This document shows, piece by piece, positions 30,119-40,623 of a stretch of DNA of 64,000 nucleotides. The stretch is from Bacilli bacterium. GTDB lineage: Bacteria > Bacillota_I > Bacilli_A > RF39 > UBA660. Where the stretch lies: the NCBI GenBank assembly GCA_900753325.1, contig CAADYO010000009.1, positions 151,514 to 215,513 on the forward strand, given 5' to 3'. The number at the start of each line of letters is the position of its first letter. Position 1 is the stretch's first letter. The notes beneath the pieces are model-generated. The model searched no databases, was not told where the DNA came from, and saw nothing but the letters and a program-made list of their open reading frames with translations. The translations under genes were made by a program, and so were the position numbers.

Positions 30119-30451
30119 ATGAATATGTTTGATGATATTAGTGATAATAAAAAAGATCTTCCTAAAATTAAGTCAATTGAAAAAGAAGTTGGAAAATATC
30201 AATTTAATGGTTATCAAAAATTTGCAATTATTACATATGTATTGTGTTTTGCATTTGGGATAATTTTGGGTAATTTATTTCCTGCATGTAGTTCTACGGC
30301 TACATTATTTAGTGATGTTTGTGTTACTACGGAATTTAACTTTTTCTTAATGATTCTGTTTTGGTTTGTTAGTTTTATATTTTGTTTGTTCTTTTTCGGA
30401 CTTGGACACATTATTGCTTTACTTACATCTATTAATGATAAGATGAAGTAA
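30119..30451 (+). CDS. Small membrane protein, function unknown
   Basis: Internal ATG at 30119 with an AGGAAGGTGA RBS; the longer track start overlaps the previous gene. 3 TM helices. Confidence 0.5.
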   Translation: MNMFDDISDNKKDLPKIKSIEKEVGKYQFNGYQKFAIITYVLCFAFGIILGNLFPACSSTATLFSDVCVTTEFNFFLMILFWFVSFIFCLFFFGLGHIIALLTSINDKMK

Positions 30452-30560
30452 AAGTTTGTAAATTTTGTTGTTATTACTTGCATTTTATAATAAAACATGG
30501 TAAGTTTTATATGTAAGCATAACACATGCTTAATTATACATTGGGAGGTATTATTTAATA

Positions 30561-30832
30561 TGAAAAAAGTTGAATTAGTAGAAGCTGTTGCTACTGCTAC
30601 AGGATTAACTAAAGCAGATGCTACTAGAGCAATTGATGCTACTTTTGCTACAATTACTGAAGCATTAGTAAAGGGAGATAAAGTTCCACTAGTTGGTTTT
30701 GGTACTTTCGCAGTTTCTGAAAGAGCTGCTCGTGAAGGACGTAATCCAAGAACTGGTGAAACAGTTAAGATTGCTGCTAGAAAAGCTGTTACTTTCAAAG
30801 CTGGTACTGCATTAAAAGATGCTGTTAACTAA
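30561..30832 (+). CDS. hup: DNA-binding protein HU
   Basis: MKKVELVEAVA...GFGTFAVSERAAREGRNPRTGETVKI...; 90 aa. RBS GGGAGGT. Locally GC-rich, as expected for a highly expressed gene. Confidence 0.9.
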
Positions 30833-30846
30833 TCATGTTAGTAATT

Positions 30847-30875
30847 GAGAACCTTTATTGAGGTTCTTTTTTTGT
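30847..30875 (+). terminator. Rho-independent terminator after hup
   Basis: agaacct-ttattg-aggttct hairpin followed by T7. Confidence 0.6.
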
Positions 30876-30970
30876 GATTTGTATTGTCTCTAGTTTGAAA
30901 ATATTGAATGATATGATAAAAAATAGTATAATTAACTTAAAATAGAGAAGATACTAAAGTTGGTGATAAT

Positions 30971-33925
30971 ATGTTGGCGAAGAAAAAAATAAAGACTATC
31001 TTTAGACAGATAGATAAGAAAAAGATTGTATTTTGTACTTTATCAGTTATTGCTTTTTTTCTTTTAATAATTTTTATTCCTTTAACTTGGGCAAAAGTTA
31101 TACCAGTTGACAGTGTATCAGTTAGTTCTACTAAATTAAATTATGATAGTGACCCTGGCTCTTGGAGATTAAATAGTTCTATTACTTTTACTGATGTAGA
31201 TAAGATAACTTTAAAATTAAATTTGAAAACTATTCCAAAAATTGATTACAATTATATTGATACGATTTTTGTTATTGATAATTCAGAGTCTATGGAGTAT
31301 GAGAAATTTAGTTATGTAAATAGTGCTTGCAGTGAACTTATAGATAAGTTGTATAATCAAAACGCCAATAATAAAACGGCTCTAATTACTTTTAATTCTA
31401 CTGCTAGCATAGAACAAGGACTGTATAATGATAAAAACTCAATAAAAAGCGCTATTAACAATATTAGTTTTTCTTCTGGTACTAATTATTATCAAGCTTT
31501 TCAAAAAATAGATGAACTATTAAGTAATTATAAAAAAGAGAGTGGTAGAGAATTACTTGTTTTATTTGTAACTGATGGAGTGTCAAATGAAGATATTCCT
31601 AATGAAAGACCATCTTATAAAATGTTAAAAGAAAAATATCCATATATAAATATTCATATAGTTCAGTATGAAATGGGAGATAAAGTAAATTCAAATATTG
31701 CTTTGGTTAGTGATAAACAATTTGTTAGTACTAAAGATAATATAAAAGAACAGTTAGATAAAGCTTCTGTTGTTTCAATGATTTATGATACTTTTAATAT
31801 TAGTAGCTATATAAATGGTGATTATTTTGATGTTCTAAATTATAGCTCTTCTATTGGGACCTTGAATTTTGATAATGATATTTTAACTTGGAATTTAGAT
31901 AAAACTATTGGAACTTTAGAAGATGCAGATGCTTTGGTGAAATTAAAACTAAAGAAACAGTATATAGATACTGAGACTGTTGTTTCTGTTTTAAAGAGAA
32001 ATGTTATTAATTATAAGTTGGGCAATGTCAGTGAGACTATTGATTCTAGTCTTAGCCCAATTATATCTAATTATAATAGTGTTAGTTACAATATGAACTT
32101 ACCTGCTGAATGTATTATAGATAATTATCCTGTTACTAAAAAATATAGGGTTTTTGATGAAGTAGAGATTTATAACGATAAGTTGATGTGTGGTAATTAT
32201 CAGCTTAAGGGTTACGATGTTAAAACTTCTGGTGTGAAGATGACTAATTCTAATCATTTTATAATGCCTAATAAAGATGTGGAATTAGTTGCAAAATGGA
32301 GTAATGTTTCTCTTTCTAAGAGAATGGATGGTAAAGTGTCTAAAGTTCAGACTTTATATGATGTTTTGGCTGACAGTGCAGTTGCAGATAATATAAAAAG
32401 TTCTTTTGTATCATCAACTGCAGGTATTAGTATTAAGGGTGGTTCTTCTGATACTAACGGTAAGGGTTTATATGAAATATCAACTACAAAGAGTGATAAA
32501 TATCCAATTTATTATTTTAGAGGAGATATTAATAATAACAATGTTAAGTTTGCTGGGTTTTGTTGGAAGATGGTTAGAACTACTGAGAAGGGTGGAATCA
32601 AACTTGTTTATAATGGAGTACCTGATTCTTTAGGATATTGTAGTACTACAACTGGAGCTAGTACAAGAATTAGTCAAAATTCCTTCAATAGTAATTATGT
32701 ATCAGCTGCTTCTGTTGGTTATATGTATGGGACATTACATAATCTTACTTATCAAAGATTAAATTTATATTTTGCTTTTGGAATGAAAAGGAATGTAATT
32801 TATAATATACCAAATTCGAAATATTATTATAGTGACTCTGTTATTTATAAAAATGGTGTATATACTTTAGTTAATCCAGTTCAATATCTTTATAAAGAAA
32901 ATCATAGTAATTTAGATAAAAAGTACACGTGTTTATCTGAAACTGAGACTAACTGTACACAGGTTAGTCAGGTGTATGCAGTTGACTCTGGAGCTTCTTA
33001 TTTGAACTATTATAGTTTTAGTAATGGGCAAACTTATGAATCGTTATATGAAGATGGAAACAATCATAAATGGGTATTTGGAAATGACTTTACTTATTCT
33101 AATGGTGTATATACCTTAAAAGATACTATTAGTATTAATATGGGTGATTATTTAACTGAAGGATCCAAAATATATAATAAACATAATTATACTTGTTTAT
33201 CAGAAAATAATACTTGCAGTACTTTATATTATATTTTAGTACATAAAAAAAGCAGTAATACTATTGATGATAATACTGGTTATTATAGTATGACTGGTGG
33301 TAAGGGAATAGAAGATATTAAGCAAGAAATGTTTGAAAATAAAAATGATTCAACTATTAAGACTGTTGTTGATACTTGGTATAAAAATAATTTATTGGAT
33401 TATACAAAGTATTTAGAGGATGCTAACTGGTGTAATGATAGGACAATTAGTGATAGTTCACTACTTAGTAAAGATACTGATGCTAGCAATGATTCATATT
33501 CACATTTTATTGGATATTACCGACTATACTATGGTTCTTATAAGTTATCTTTTACTTGTACTAATGAGAACGATATTTTAAATACTAGTGTAGAAGGATT
33601 TAATTATCCGGTTGCTTTACTTACTTTGGATGAATATATTTATGCAGGTGGCTCTAGTAAAAATAATTCTAATTACTATTTATATACGGGTCTTGCTGAT
33701 TGGATGCTAACTCCTAGATCTTATTATGGGATTAATGCATCTGTTTCATATGTTACACCAAATGGTTCAGTTGGTGGGGATAGTACTAATTATAATGTTA
33801 AAGATCAGTATGGAGTAAGACCTTCTATTGTACTTAAGAATAGTATTAGAACTGATGGTGGCAATGGCACTATTGAAGATCCTTATCTAATTACTGAAGA
33901 TGTAAATAAAAAAGTGATTGGTTAA
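30971..33925 (+). CDS. Large membrane-anchored von Willebrand factor A (vWA) domain protein with a Y/N/S/T-rich C-terminal region
   Basis: N-terminal TM. MIDAS motif FVIDNSESM (DxSxS) with a following vWA fold of about 200 aa. About 650 aa downstream are Tyr/Asn/Ser/Thr/Gly-rich and contain an internally duplicated module of about 82 aa (NGVYTL...KYTCLSE..T.C). Confidence 0.7.
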   Translation: MLAKKKIKTIFRQIDKKKIVFCTLSVIAFFLLIIFIPLTWAKVIPVDSVSVSSTKLNYDSDPGSWRLNSSITFTDVDKITLKLNLKTIPKIDYNYIDTIFVIDNSESMEYEKFSYVNSACSELIDKLYNQNANNKTALITFNSTASIEQGLYNDKNSIKSAINNISFSSGTNYYQAFQKIDELLSNYKKESGRELLVLFVTDGVSNEDIPNERPSYKMLKEKYPYINIHIVQYEMGDKVNSNIALVSDKQFVSTKDNIKEQLDKASVVSMIYDTFNISSYINGDYFDVLNYSSSIGTLNFDNDILTWNLDKTIGTLEDADALVKLKLKKQYIDTETVVSVLKRNVINYKLGNVSETIDSSLSPIISNYNSVSYNMNLPAECIIDNYPVTKKYRVFDEVEIYNDKLMCGNYQLKGYDVKTSGVKMTNSNHFIMPNKDVELVAKWSNVSLSKRMDGKVSKVQTLYDVLADSAVADNIKSSFVSSTAGISIKGGSSDTNGKGLYEISTTKSDKYPIYYFRGDINNNNVKFAGFCWKMVRTTEKGGIKLVYNGVPDSLGYCSTTTGASTRISQNSFNSNYVSAASVGYMYGTLHNLTYQRLNLYFAFGMKRNVIYNIPNSKYYYSDSVIYKNGVYTLVNPVQYLYKENHSNLDKKYTCLSETETNCTQVSQVYAVDSGASYLNYYSFSNGQTYESLYEDGNNHKWVFGNDFTYSNGVYTLKDTISINMGDYLTEGSKIYNKHNYTCLSENNTCSTLYYILVHKKSSNTIDDNTGYYSMTGGKGIEDIKQEMFENKNDSTIKTVVDTWYKNNLLDYTKYLEDANWCNDRTISDSSLLSKDTDASNDSYSHFIGYYRLYYGSYKLSFTCTNENDILNTSVEGFNYPVALLTLDEYIYAGGSSKNNSNYYLYTGLADWMLTPRSYYGINASVSYVTPNGSVGGDSTNYNVKDQYGVRPSIVLKNSIRTDGGNGTIEDPYLITEDVNKKVIG

Positions 33926-34064
33926 AATTGGTTTGAATTTTTAAGAGAAGAAATTGAGTTTTATAATAAACTTAATTTCTTTTTGTTAATATTATTATAT
34001 CTTATTTTTTGAAGTTGTTACTTTTTTAGTATTTTGATATAATAGTATTGTGTGGTGATATGAC

Positions 34065-35159
34065 ATGTTAGAAGCAGCCTTAAAGTTTATTCATGAAATT
34101 AATTCAAATGGTTATAAAGCCTATATTGTTGGTGGTTTTGTTAGAGATTATATTTTAGGTATTGAATCTCATGATATTGATATAGCAACTAATGCAACGC
34201 CTAAAGAGATAAAAGCAATATTTGCTGATAGTTGCTTACCAGCTGAAGATTATGGCTCTGTTACTGTTATAAGCAAGGGTATTCGATTCGAAGTTACAAC
34301 ATTTAGACGTGATATTAGTTATATTAATAATAGAAGACCAGCTGAAGTTAAATATATAGATAATTTACATGATGACTTATTACGAAGAGATTTTACTATT
34401 AATGCTATATGTATGGATGAAGATGGTAAAATAATTGATTTATTAAATGGTAAAAAAGATATAGAGAAAAAAGTCATTAGAACTATTGGTGATGCTCGAG
34501 TTAAATTTGAAGAGGATTGTCTTAGAATACTTAGAGCTATTAGATTTGCTACTATTTTAGATTTTAAACTAGATGATGATGTAGTTCAAGCTATTAAAGA
34601 ATATAAATATTTATTAAGAGGTTTATCTTACTATAGAAAAAAAGAAGAATTAGATAAAATATTTACATCTGGTAATAGTATGAAGGGAATTGAATTATTG
34701 CTTGAATTAGAATTGGATCAAGAATTGGAATTAGAAAGACTTAGTAGTGTTAAAAATACTGATGATTTAATTGCAGTATGGAGTGTTTTAAATGTGGGTG
34801 ATAAGTACCCTTTTACTAGTAATGAAAAAGAACTCATAAAAAATGTAAATGCGGCTTTAAAATTAAACAATTTAGATCCAATGGCTTTATATACGTATGG
34901 ATTATATGTTAATTGCATAGCTGGTGAGATTAAAGGAATTGATAAGAAAAAAATTACAGAATCTTATGTTAATTTAGTTATTCATTCTACTAAGGATTTA
35001 AAAATTACTTGTGATGAAATAATTAATACTTTAAAAAGAAAGCCAGGTAAATACTTAAAAGATATTTACACAGACTTAGTTCATGAAGTTTTATATAGGC
35101 GAGTTCCTAATGAAAATCAGGAATTAATTAAATACATAATAAATAATTATAGTGATTGA
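34065..35159 (+). CDS. cca: CCA-adding tRNA nucleotidyltransferase
   Basis: YIVGGFVRDYILG...DIDIAT (GGxxRD + DxD polymerase-beta-type head) and RRDFTINA. Confidence 0.85.
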   Translation: MLEAALKFIHEINSNGYKAYIVGGFVRDYILGIESHDIDIATNATPKEIKAIFADSCLPAEDYGSVTVISKGIRFEVTTFRRDISYINNRRPAEVKYIDNLHDDLLRRDFTINAICMDEDGKIIDLLNGKKDIEKKVIRTIGDARVKFEEDCLRILRAIRFATILDFKLDDDVVQAIKEYKYLLRGLSYYRKKEELDKIFTSGNSMKGIELLLELELDQELELERLSSVKNTDDLIAVWSVLNVGDKYPFTSNEKELIKNVNAALKLNNLDPMALYTYGLYVNCIAGEIKGIDKKKITESYVNLVIHSTKDLKITCDEIINTLKRKPGKYLKDIYTDLVHEVLYRRVPNENQELIKYIINNYSD

Positions 35160-35204
35160 TATGATATTTTATGTTATTATATAGACGTTTAGGGGAGTGA
35201 TATA

Positions 35205-35879
35205 ATGAAAAGTTCTAAATTAATAGATATTTTTAAGCAGGGACATATAGTTATTCCTCTTTTTTTGTTACAACATTATAAAGAATTTAAATTGGAAATA
35301 GGAGAATTTGTTTTTTTAATGTACTTATACAGTTTAGGAAATGAATTTTTATTTAATCCTAGTAAGTTTGCTTGTGACTTAAATATTGATTTAAAAGAGG
35401 CTATGGGTTATATTGGAACTCTTAGTGATAAACATTTTATTAGAGTAGAAGTTGTTAAAAATGATAAAGGACTTATGGAAGAAGTTGTTTTACTTGATGA
35501 GTTTTATAATAAAATATCTTTGCTTATGATGGAAGAGGTTAATCAAGTTTCTAAAAGTGATAATTCTAATATATTTGAAATTATTGAAAAGGAATTTGGA
35601 AGAACACTTAGTCCTATTGAATATGAAATAATAAAGGCTTGGCTTGATAATAATATAAGTGAGGAACTTATTAAAGAAGCTATTAAAGAGGCTACTTATA
35701 ATGGTGTATCTAATTTAAGGTATATTGATAAGATATTATATGAGTGGGGAAAAATAGGTATTAAGAGTGCTAAGGATGTTGAAAATAATAGGAAAAAAAG
35801 AAATAAGGCTAAAGATGATGTTTCTAATGATGTTGATATTGATATAGTTGATTGGGACTGGTTTGATGATGATGAATAG
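35205..35879 (+). CDS. dnaD: DnaD-domain replication initiation/membrane attachment protein
   Basis: C-terminal DnaD/DnaB2 domain (FGRTLSPIEYEIIKAWLDN...YIDKILYEWGKIG). Precedes nth, as in B. subtilis. Confidence 0.7.
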   Translation: MKSSKLIDIFKQGHIVIPLFLLQHYKEFKLEIGEFVFLMYLYSLGNEFLFNPSKFACDLNIDLKEAMGYIGTLSDKHFIRVEVVKNDKGLMEEVVLLDEFYNKISLLMMEEVNQVSKSDNSNIFEIIEKEFGRTLSPIEYEIIKAWLDNNISEELIKEAIKEATYNGVSNLRYIDKILYEWGKIGIKSAKDVENNRKKRNKAKDDVSNDVDIDIVDWDWFDDDE

Positions 35880-36483
35880 AATTTCTGAATATTTGGATTA
35901 TTTATTTCCTAATCCGAAGTGCGAATTATTATATAATAATGATTATCAATTATTAATTGCAATTGTTTTAAGTGCTCAATCTACTGATAAAAGAGTTAAT
36001 TCTGTTACTCCTATATTATTTGAAAAATATCCTTCTTTAGATGAGCTAAAAATGGCTTCTAAGCGAGATATTGAGAATATTATTAGACCAGTAGGTTCTT
36101 ATCATAAAAAGGCTGCATATGTCATTGGAATAGCTAAAATACTATGTGATAAATATGATAAGGTCGTTCCTCAAGATAGAGATGTTTTAGAGACTTTCCC
36201 TGGCGTTGGTAGAAAAACAGTTAATGTTTTTTTAAGTGAATTTTATGATGTAGCAGCAATTGCAGTTGATACTCATGTGGAACGTGTTTCTAAGCGACTT
36301 AGACTTGCTTATTCTAAAGATAATGTTTTAACGATTGAAAAGAAGCTTATGAAAAAGTTTCCTAAAGATGAGTGGGGACGTAGACATTTACAACTTGTTT
36401 TATTTGGAAGATATTATTGTAAAGCAGTTAAGCCTTTATGTGATAATTGTCAGTTAAAAGATATATGTAGAAAAAAATACTAG
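35872..36483 (+). CDS. nth: Endonuclease III
   Basis: LLIAIVLSAQSTDKRVN and GVGRKTVNVF (helix-hairpin-helix/GPD region), plus C-x6-C-x2-C-x5-C iron-sulfur cluster motif at the C-terminus (CKAVKPLCDNCQLKDIC). Confidence 0.9.
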   Translation: MNRISEYLDYLFPNPKCELLYNNDYQLLIAIVLSAQSTDKRVNSVTPILFEKYPSLDELKMASKRDIENIIRPVGSYHKKAAYVIGIAKILCDKYDKVVPQDRDVLETFPGVGRKTVNVFLSEFYDVAAIAVDTHVERVSKRLRLAYSKDNVLTIEKKLMKKFPKDEWGRRHLQLVLFGRYYCKAVKPLCDNCQLKDICRKKY

Positions 36484-36505
36484 CAAATTTTGCTAGTATT
36501 TTTTT
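36480..36505. terminator. Bidirectional terminator between nth and ponA
   Basis: ctagcaa-att-ttgctag hairpin followed by T7. Confidence 0.55.
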
Positions 36506-39431
36506 ATTCTCCTTCTTTTGTTACGGTAATTGTAACTGTTAGGAATTTTGGCTTTCCATTATATTTTACAGTACAAGTAACTGGATATTTTCCTGGTAGG
36601 ATGATTGAATTTGGTGTACATGATTCTACTGTGGCACTACCATCTCCGCCGGTTACTGTAAAGTCTGAAATGTTTAAGCTAAGCGTTCCGGAACTACTTG
36701 GTATTATAGTTGAGCCGTTATACTGTAATTCTAGACTGTCATTTTCTTCTTCCTCTTCATCTTTTAATTCAAATGTTGTAGGATCACTTTTTGGACCAGA
36801 ATAGTAGGCAGCGACGACTTTATATGTTCCATATGGTGTAGAAGTTGGTGTGTATGTAAATGATGTTTTATCTGTTGTTCCAATTAATGTTGATCCTAAA
36901 TAAATTTTATATTCTAGTTTACCGTAATTCTCATTATTAGTTTCAGATGTGTTAACTGCTTTCCAACTCATGCTAACTTTTTTAGTTATTTTACTATAGC
37001 TTACGCTAAAGTTTTGTGGAGCGGCTATTTTTTCTTCAGTGTATGTTTCAGTTGGTTCGTATCCTTTTTTGAAGTATTCATAAACAACATTACCGGAATA
37101 AGCTCCAGCTAATTTTGGTGGCCTTGAACCTGCGATAACTCCAACTTTTACAACGCTTGATGGTTGTTTAAATGCTTCGCGGTTTGATTCCATTGCTCCT
37201 GAATTAATTAAAGCATTAAATATTTTGTCTTTTTGTACTGTTGCTGGGATATTACGTAGACAATACGTACGATCGATGAAGTCATATCCATACCATAAGG
37301 CAATTACTGTTTTTGTTGAGTATCCTACAATCCATGAATCTCTAATAGCATCTGATACTAAGTTTTTATCTATCATTGTTTTACTATCATAGTTTGTAGT
37401 ACCTGTTTTTCTGGCTACATTAGCTGGATTACCACCACTTAATGATACATCTTGTAATATACTAGTAATCATATAAGCAGTTGCATCTGACATTACTTTT
37501 CTTTTGACAACATAATTTTTATTATTGTGTTCTTTTGTTTCACCATTTGATTTATATACTATTTTACTAACACTATATGGTTCGTTGTAGTATCCACCGT
37601 TTGAGAATGCGGCATAAGCACCACTCATTTGTAATGGATTAGTACCAGTAAAGGCACCAATTGCATGAGCTTCATGTACTTTTGATGGTTCTTCTGTATC
37701 TTTTGTAGTACTATTTACGCATTTTTTTGAATCAACGTCATATTTATATCCTGCTGAACAAACTTCTGGTTGTATACCTAAATTTGTAACAAATTCTAGT
37801 ATTTTTTTATTGTCTACTTGTTGGAAAGCTTTTAATGCTGGAATGTTACGTGATGTTGATAATGCTCTACGCATAGTAATTGTACCATAATATGTTCCAT
37901 CCCAGTTTTTAATTGATCTGCCATCTGAGTATGTATATGGCGTGTCATCAAATAGGGTATATGTTGACCAGTTGTTGTATTCTATACCAGGGCCATAGTC
38001 AAACAATGGCTTTGCTGTTGATCCTGGTTGTCTTTTAATTTCTGTTGCATAATTAAATTGATTTTTTCCATATTCTGTACGTTGTCCAATAACTCGACCA
38101 TTTCCAATGGCAAGTATTTTTCCGGTTTGAGAATCTAGAACTGAAACACCAGCTTGAACTTTATCGTTTATCCAAGTATAGCTTTCTCCATTCATAACGC
38201 TGTTTACACCGTCTTGTTTAGATCTGTCTAAGTTTGTATAAACTGTTAATGGTGTAGTATATGGATTTATATTGTATTTATTGTTTATTTCAGCAACTAC
38301 GGTATCAACGTATCCTCTATATTTATTATTTAATGTTGCTCCTGTTGATGTTGCAATTAGTGATGATACTGGAATGCTATTTGCTATTTTTTCTTCTTCA
38401 GCAGTTATATAACCATGTCTTTTCATTAGATATAATACAGTTTTACGTCTTGCTTCGGCATGGTCTGAATGTTCTGCTGGATTGTAATAAACAGGGGATT
38501 TAAACATACCAGCAAGTGTTGCTGCTTCGCTTAAGTTAAGTTCACTTACGGTTTTTCCAAAGTAAGCTTCAGCAGCTTCTTGAACTCCATAAATGTTTCC
38601 ACCTAAGTAATGGTTATTTACATAATATTCAATTATTTGCTCTTTACTACAATTTTTTTCTAGTTTAAATATTGCTAGATAAATATCTTCAAATTTACGT
38701 GTTATACCTTTAATACCCTCTGTAGCATAGGCATTTGTTAAACTGTTTTTAACAACTTGCATTGTTAAAGTTGATGCACCTCCGGCATCTGAATGTCCCA
38801 ACAATTGTCCAATAACGGCTTTCGAAAATCTTGGAGCATCGAAACCATTATGCTGGAAAAATCTTGAGTCCTCTGTTGCTATAATGGCATCAATTAGTAC
38901 TTCTGGCAATTCATTGTATTTTACTTTTTCGCGCATCTCACTACCAAGTTTTGCATATTCCTTGTTATTAATATCTAAAAATGTGGTATTTTCTTGTGTT
39001 TCAAGTTTTGTTGTTACATATTTTGGATCTGCATCTATTTTTATATATATAAGAAAGGCTGTGAAGCCAACTAAACCAATAATACCAATCGCTAAAACAA
39101 TCATTAAAATTGTTTTTACTAATATTCTTGTTTTTTTCTTATCTTTGCACTTCTCTAATAATTTAACTACTCCAATTATGATAGCAATTCCAAGTCCCGT
39201 TAATAATGTAAAAAATATTCCGAGAGTAAAATAACATAATAGTAAGATTACAATAAATGTAACGAGACAAATTAATTTTGCTTGTTGTTCTTCTTTAGAT
39301 GTAATTGTTATTCTTTTCTTTATATTTTTTGTATTACTACTGTTGTTGTGCTTTGCAGAATTGCGATTATTAGGTTTCCTTCTTTTTATTTCTTTTTTTT
39401 GCATTTTAAATACCTCCAATAATTTGATCAA
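36504..39431 (-). CDS. ponA: Class A penicillin-binding protein PBP1A (glycosyltransferase + transpeptidase) with a C-terminal beta-sandwich/FN3-like extension
   Basis: GT51 motif IIATEDSRFFQHNGFD. Transpeptidase motifs STAKP and KTGTT. N-terminal TM. The recU-ponA arrangement is conserved. Confidence 0.9.
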   Translation of the reverse strand: MIKLLEVFKMQKKEIKRRKPNNRNSAKHNNSSNTKNIKKRITITSKEEQQAKLICLVTFIVILLLCYFTLGIFFTLLTGLGIAIIIGVVKLLEKCKDKKKTRILVKTILMIVLAIGIIGLVGFTAFLIYIKIDADPKYVTTKLETQENTTFLDINNKEYAKLGSEMREKVKYNELPEVLIDAIIATEDSRFFQHNGFDAPRFSKAVIGQLLGHSDAGGASTLTMQVVKNSLTNAYATEGIKGITRKFEDIYLAIFKLEKNCSKEQIIEYYVNNHYLGGNIYGVQEAAEAYFGKTVSELNLSEAATLAGMFKSPVYYNPAEHSDHAEARRKTVLYLMKRHGYITAEEEKIANSIPVSSLIATSTGATLNNKYRGYVDTVVAEINNKYNINPYTTPLTVYTNLDRSKQDGVNSVMNGESYTWINDKVQAGVSVLDSQTGKILAIGNGRVIGQRTEYGKNQFNYATEIKRQPGSTAKPLFDYGPGIEYNNWSTYTLFDDTPYTYSDGRSIKNWDGTYYGTITMRRALSTSRNIPALKAFQQVDNKKILEFVTNLGIQPEVCSAGYKYDVDSKKCVNSTTKDTEEPSKVHEAHAIGAFTGTNPLQMSGAYAAFSNGGYYNEPYSVSKIVYKSNGETKEHNNKNYVVKRKVMSDATAYMITSILQDVSLSGGNPANVARKTGTTNYDSKTMIDKNLVSDAIRDSWIVGYSTKTVIALWYGYDFIDRTYCLRNIPATVQKDKIFNALINSGAMESNREAFKQPSSVVKVGVIAGSRPPKLAGAYSGNVVYEYFKKGYEPTETYTEEKIAAPQNFSVSYSKITKKVSMSWKAVNTSETNNENYGKLEYKIYLGSTLIGTTDKTSFTYTPTSTPYGTYKVVAAYYSGPKSDPTTFELKDEEEEENDSLELQYNGSTIIPSSSGTLSLNISDFTVTGGDGSATVESCTPNSIILPGKYPVTCTVKYNGKPKFLTVTITVTKEGE

Positions 39432-39975
39432 TTATTTTTAAGTAGTCAACCCTGGGCGCGTAACTTTCTTTTATGAGGTAGGCATTTTCTTTGAAGTATG
39501 ATAATGGGATTGACTCTCTTTTATTTTCTTCTATAAATTTTATTAAGTTTTCAGCCAGTAATAAATAAGTTTCGTTTAAACTTGTAAATCTTATTATTAA
39601 AAAGGCTATGCCATGGTGTCTATTTATATTTTTTAGGTGTTGTATTTGATGAGGATGAATGTTACTTAAAGTAAAAGAAGTTTTATTTTTTGTTTCTTTG
39701 GCTTCAAAGTCAACATATTTTCCTTTATATATACCATTATAGTCTGTAGTAGATGGAACTGTAAAAAATGCTTGAGTTATTACGGCTTTATCCCTTGATG
39801 GATAATTTACTTTTGTAATTTTAACAGGTGTTGGTTTTTTATATATGTATGCTTTGTCTATATTACGATAATATTCATTTGTTAAATTCAAGTCATTTTC
39901 AAGTGCCATTCCACGATTACTAAAATTAATTTGATTATTTGAATTTTGTTTTTTTATGCCACTTGGATAGTTCAT
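39406..39975 (-). CDS. recU: Holliday junction resolvase RecU
   Basis: NRGMALENDLN...TTDYNGIYKGKYVDFEAKETKNKTSF...APRVDY is near-collinear with B. subtilis RecU. Confidence 0.9.
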   Translation of the reverse strand: MNYPSGIKKQNSNNQINFSNRGMALENDLNLTNEYYRNIDKAYIYKKPTPVKITKVNYPSRDKAVITQAFFTVPSTTDYNGIYKGKYVDFEAKETKNKTSFTLSNIHPHQIQHLKNINRHHGIAFLIIRFTSLNETYLLLAENLIKFIEENKRESIPLSYFKENAYLIKESYAPRVDYLKIIDQIIGGI

Positions 39976-40217
39976 TACATCACCTATGGTTTATTATACT
40001 ATATTATGATTATTTTTTCTATAATTTATATAGTTTTTGTTTGCAAATTTTAGCTTTTTTTGTCAGATTTATGATTATTATTAAATTTTGTATTATGATG
40101 TTTATGGTGATATGATGAATAATTTTGAAGTTGTTAGAATATTTAATAAAATGATTAGTGATACTAAAAGTATTAAGCTTGATACAAAATTATCTTATGT
40201 CTTATATAGGTTAATAA

Positions 40218-40246
40218 TTGACAAAAATCAGCAATGATGCCATAAT
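40218..40246 (+). promoter_or_regulatory. Near-consensus sigma-A promoter (TTGACA-N17-CATAAT) for gpsB/rnpB
   Basis: Hexamers at 40218-40223 and 40241-40246, 26 nt before the gpsB start. Confidence 0.6.
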
Positions 40247-40271
40247 ATTACTGTAAGGGATTGGTGATGAA

Positions 40272-40622
40272 ATGTATCAAAATAAAATTACACTTAAACC
40301 ACAGGATATTTTGGAAAAAGAGTTTAAAATAGATACTCGTGGTTATCGTTTAAAAGAAGTTGATCAATTTTTAGATGTAATTATTGGCGATTATGAGCAA
40401 TTTTTTGATATAATTAATAACTTGGAGAAGGAAAAGGCAGATTTAATGGCTGAAGTTGTCAATTTGAAACAAGAACTTCGTAATTCGAAGTTAAGTATGG
40501 AAGTTGTTCGTAACAGTGAAAATACAGAAGTTACTAATGTTGATGTCATCCGTAGATTATCACAACTTGAAAAATTGGTTTATGCCAATATGAAGGAAAA
40601 AGAAGAAAGGGACAACAATTAA
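40272..40622 (+). CDS. gpsB: Cell cycle protein GpsB (DivIVA-domain)
   Basis: ITLKPQDILEKEFKIDTRGYRLKEVDQFLDVIIGDYEQF is near-identical in pattern to B. subtilis GpsB. Confidence 0.85.
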   Translation: MYQNKITLKPQDILEKEFKIDTRGYRLKEVDQFLDVIIGDYEQFFDIINNLEKEKADLMAEVVNLKQELRNSKLSMEVVRNSENTEVTNVDVIRRLSQLEKLVYANMKEKEERDNN

Positions 40623-40623
40623 T

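Noticed and set aside
30214-30798. 194-aa minus-strand ORF antisense to hup and the upstream small membrane gene
   Set aside because: It lies opposite the clearly real, locally GC-rich HU gene. Its Ala/Val/Pro-rich translation is typical of an antisense frame through a GC-rich gene.
36490-36804. 104-aa plus-strand ORF
   Set aside because: Entirely antisense to the 3' end of ponA (PBP1A). No RBS and no similarity to any known protein.
40112-40237. 41-aa ORF (MMNNFEVVRIFNK...) in the recU-gpsB intergenic region
   Set aside because: Overlaps the strong gpsB promoter. RBS spacing is marginal. Could be real, but there is no support beyond an open frame.
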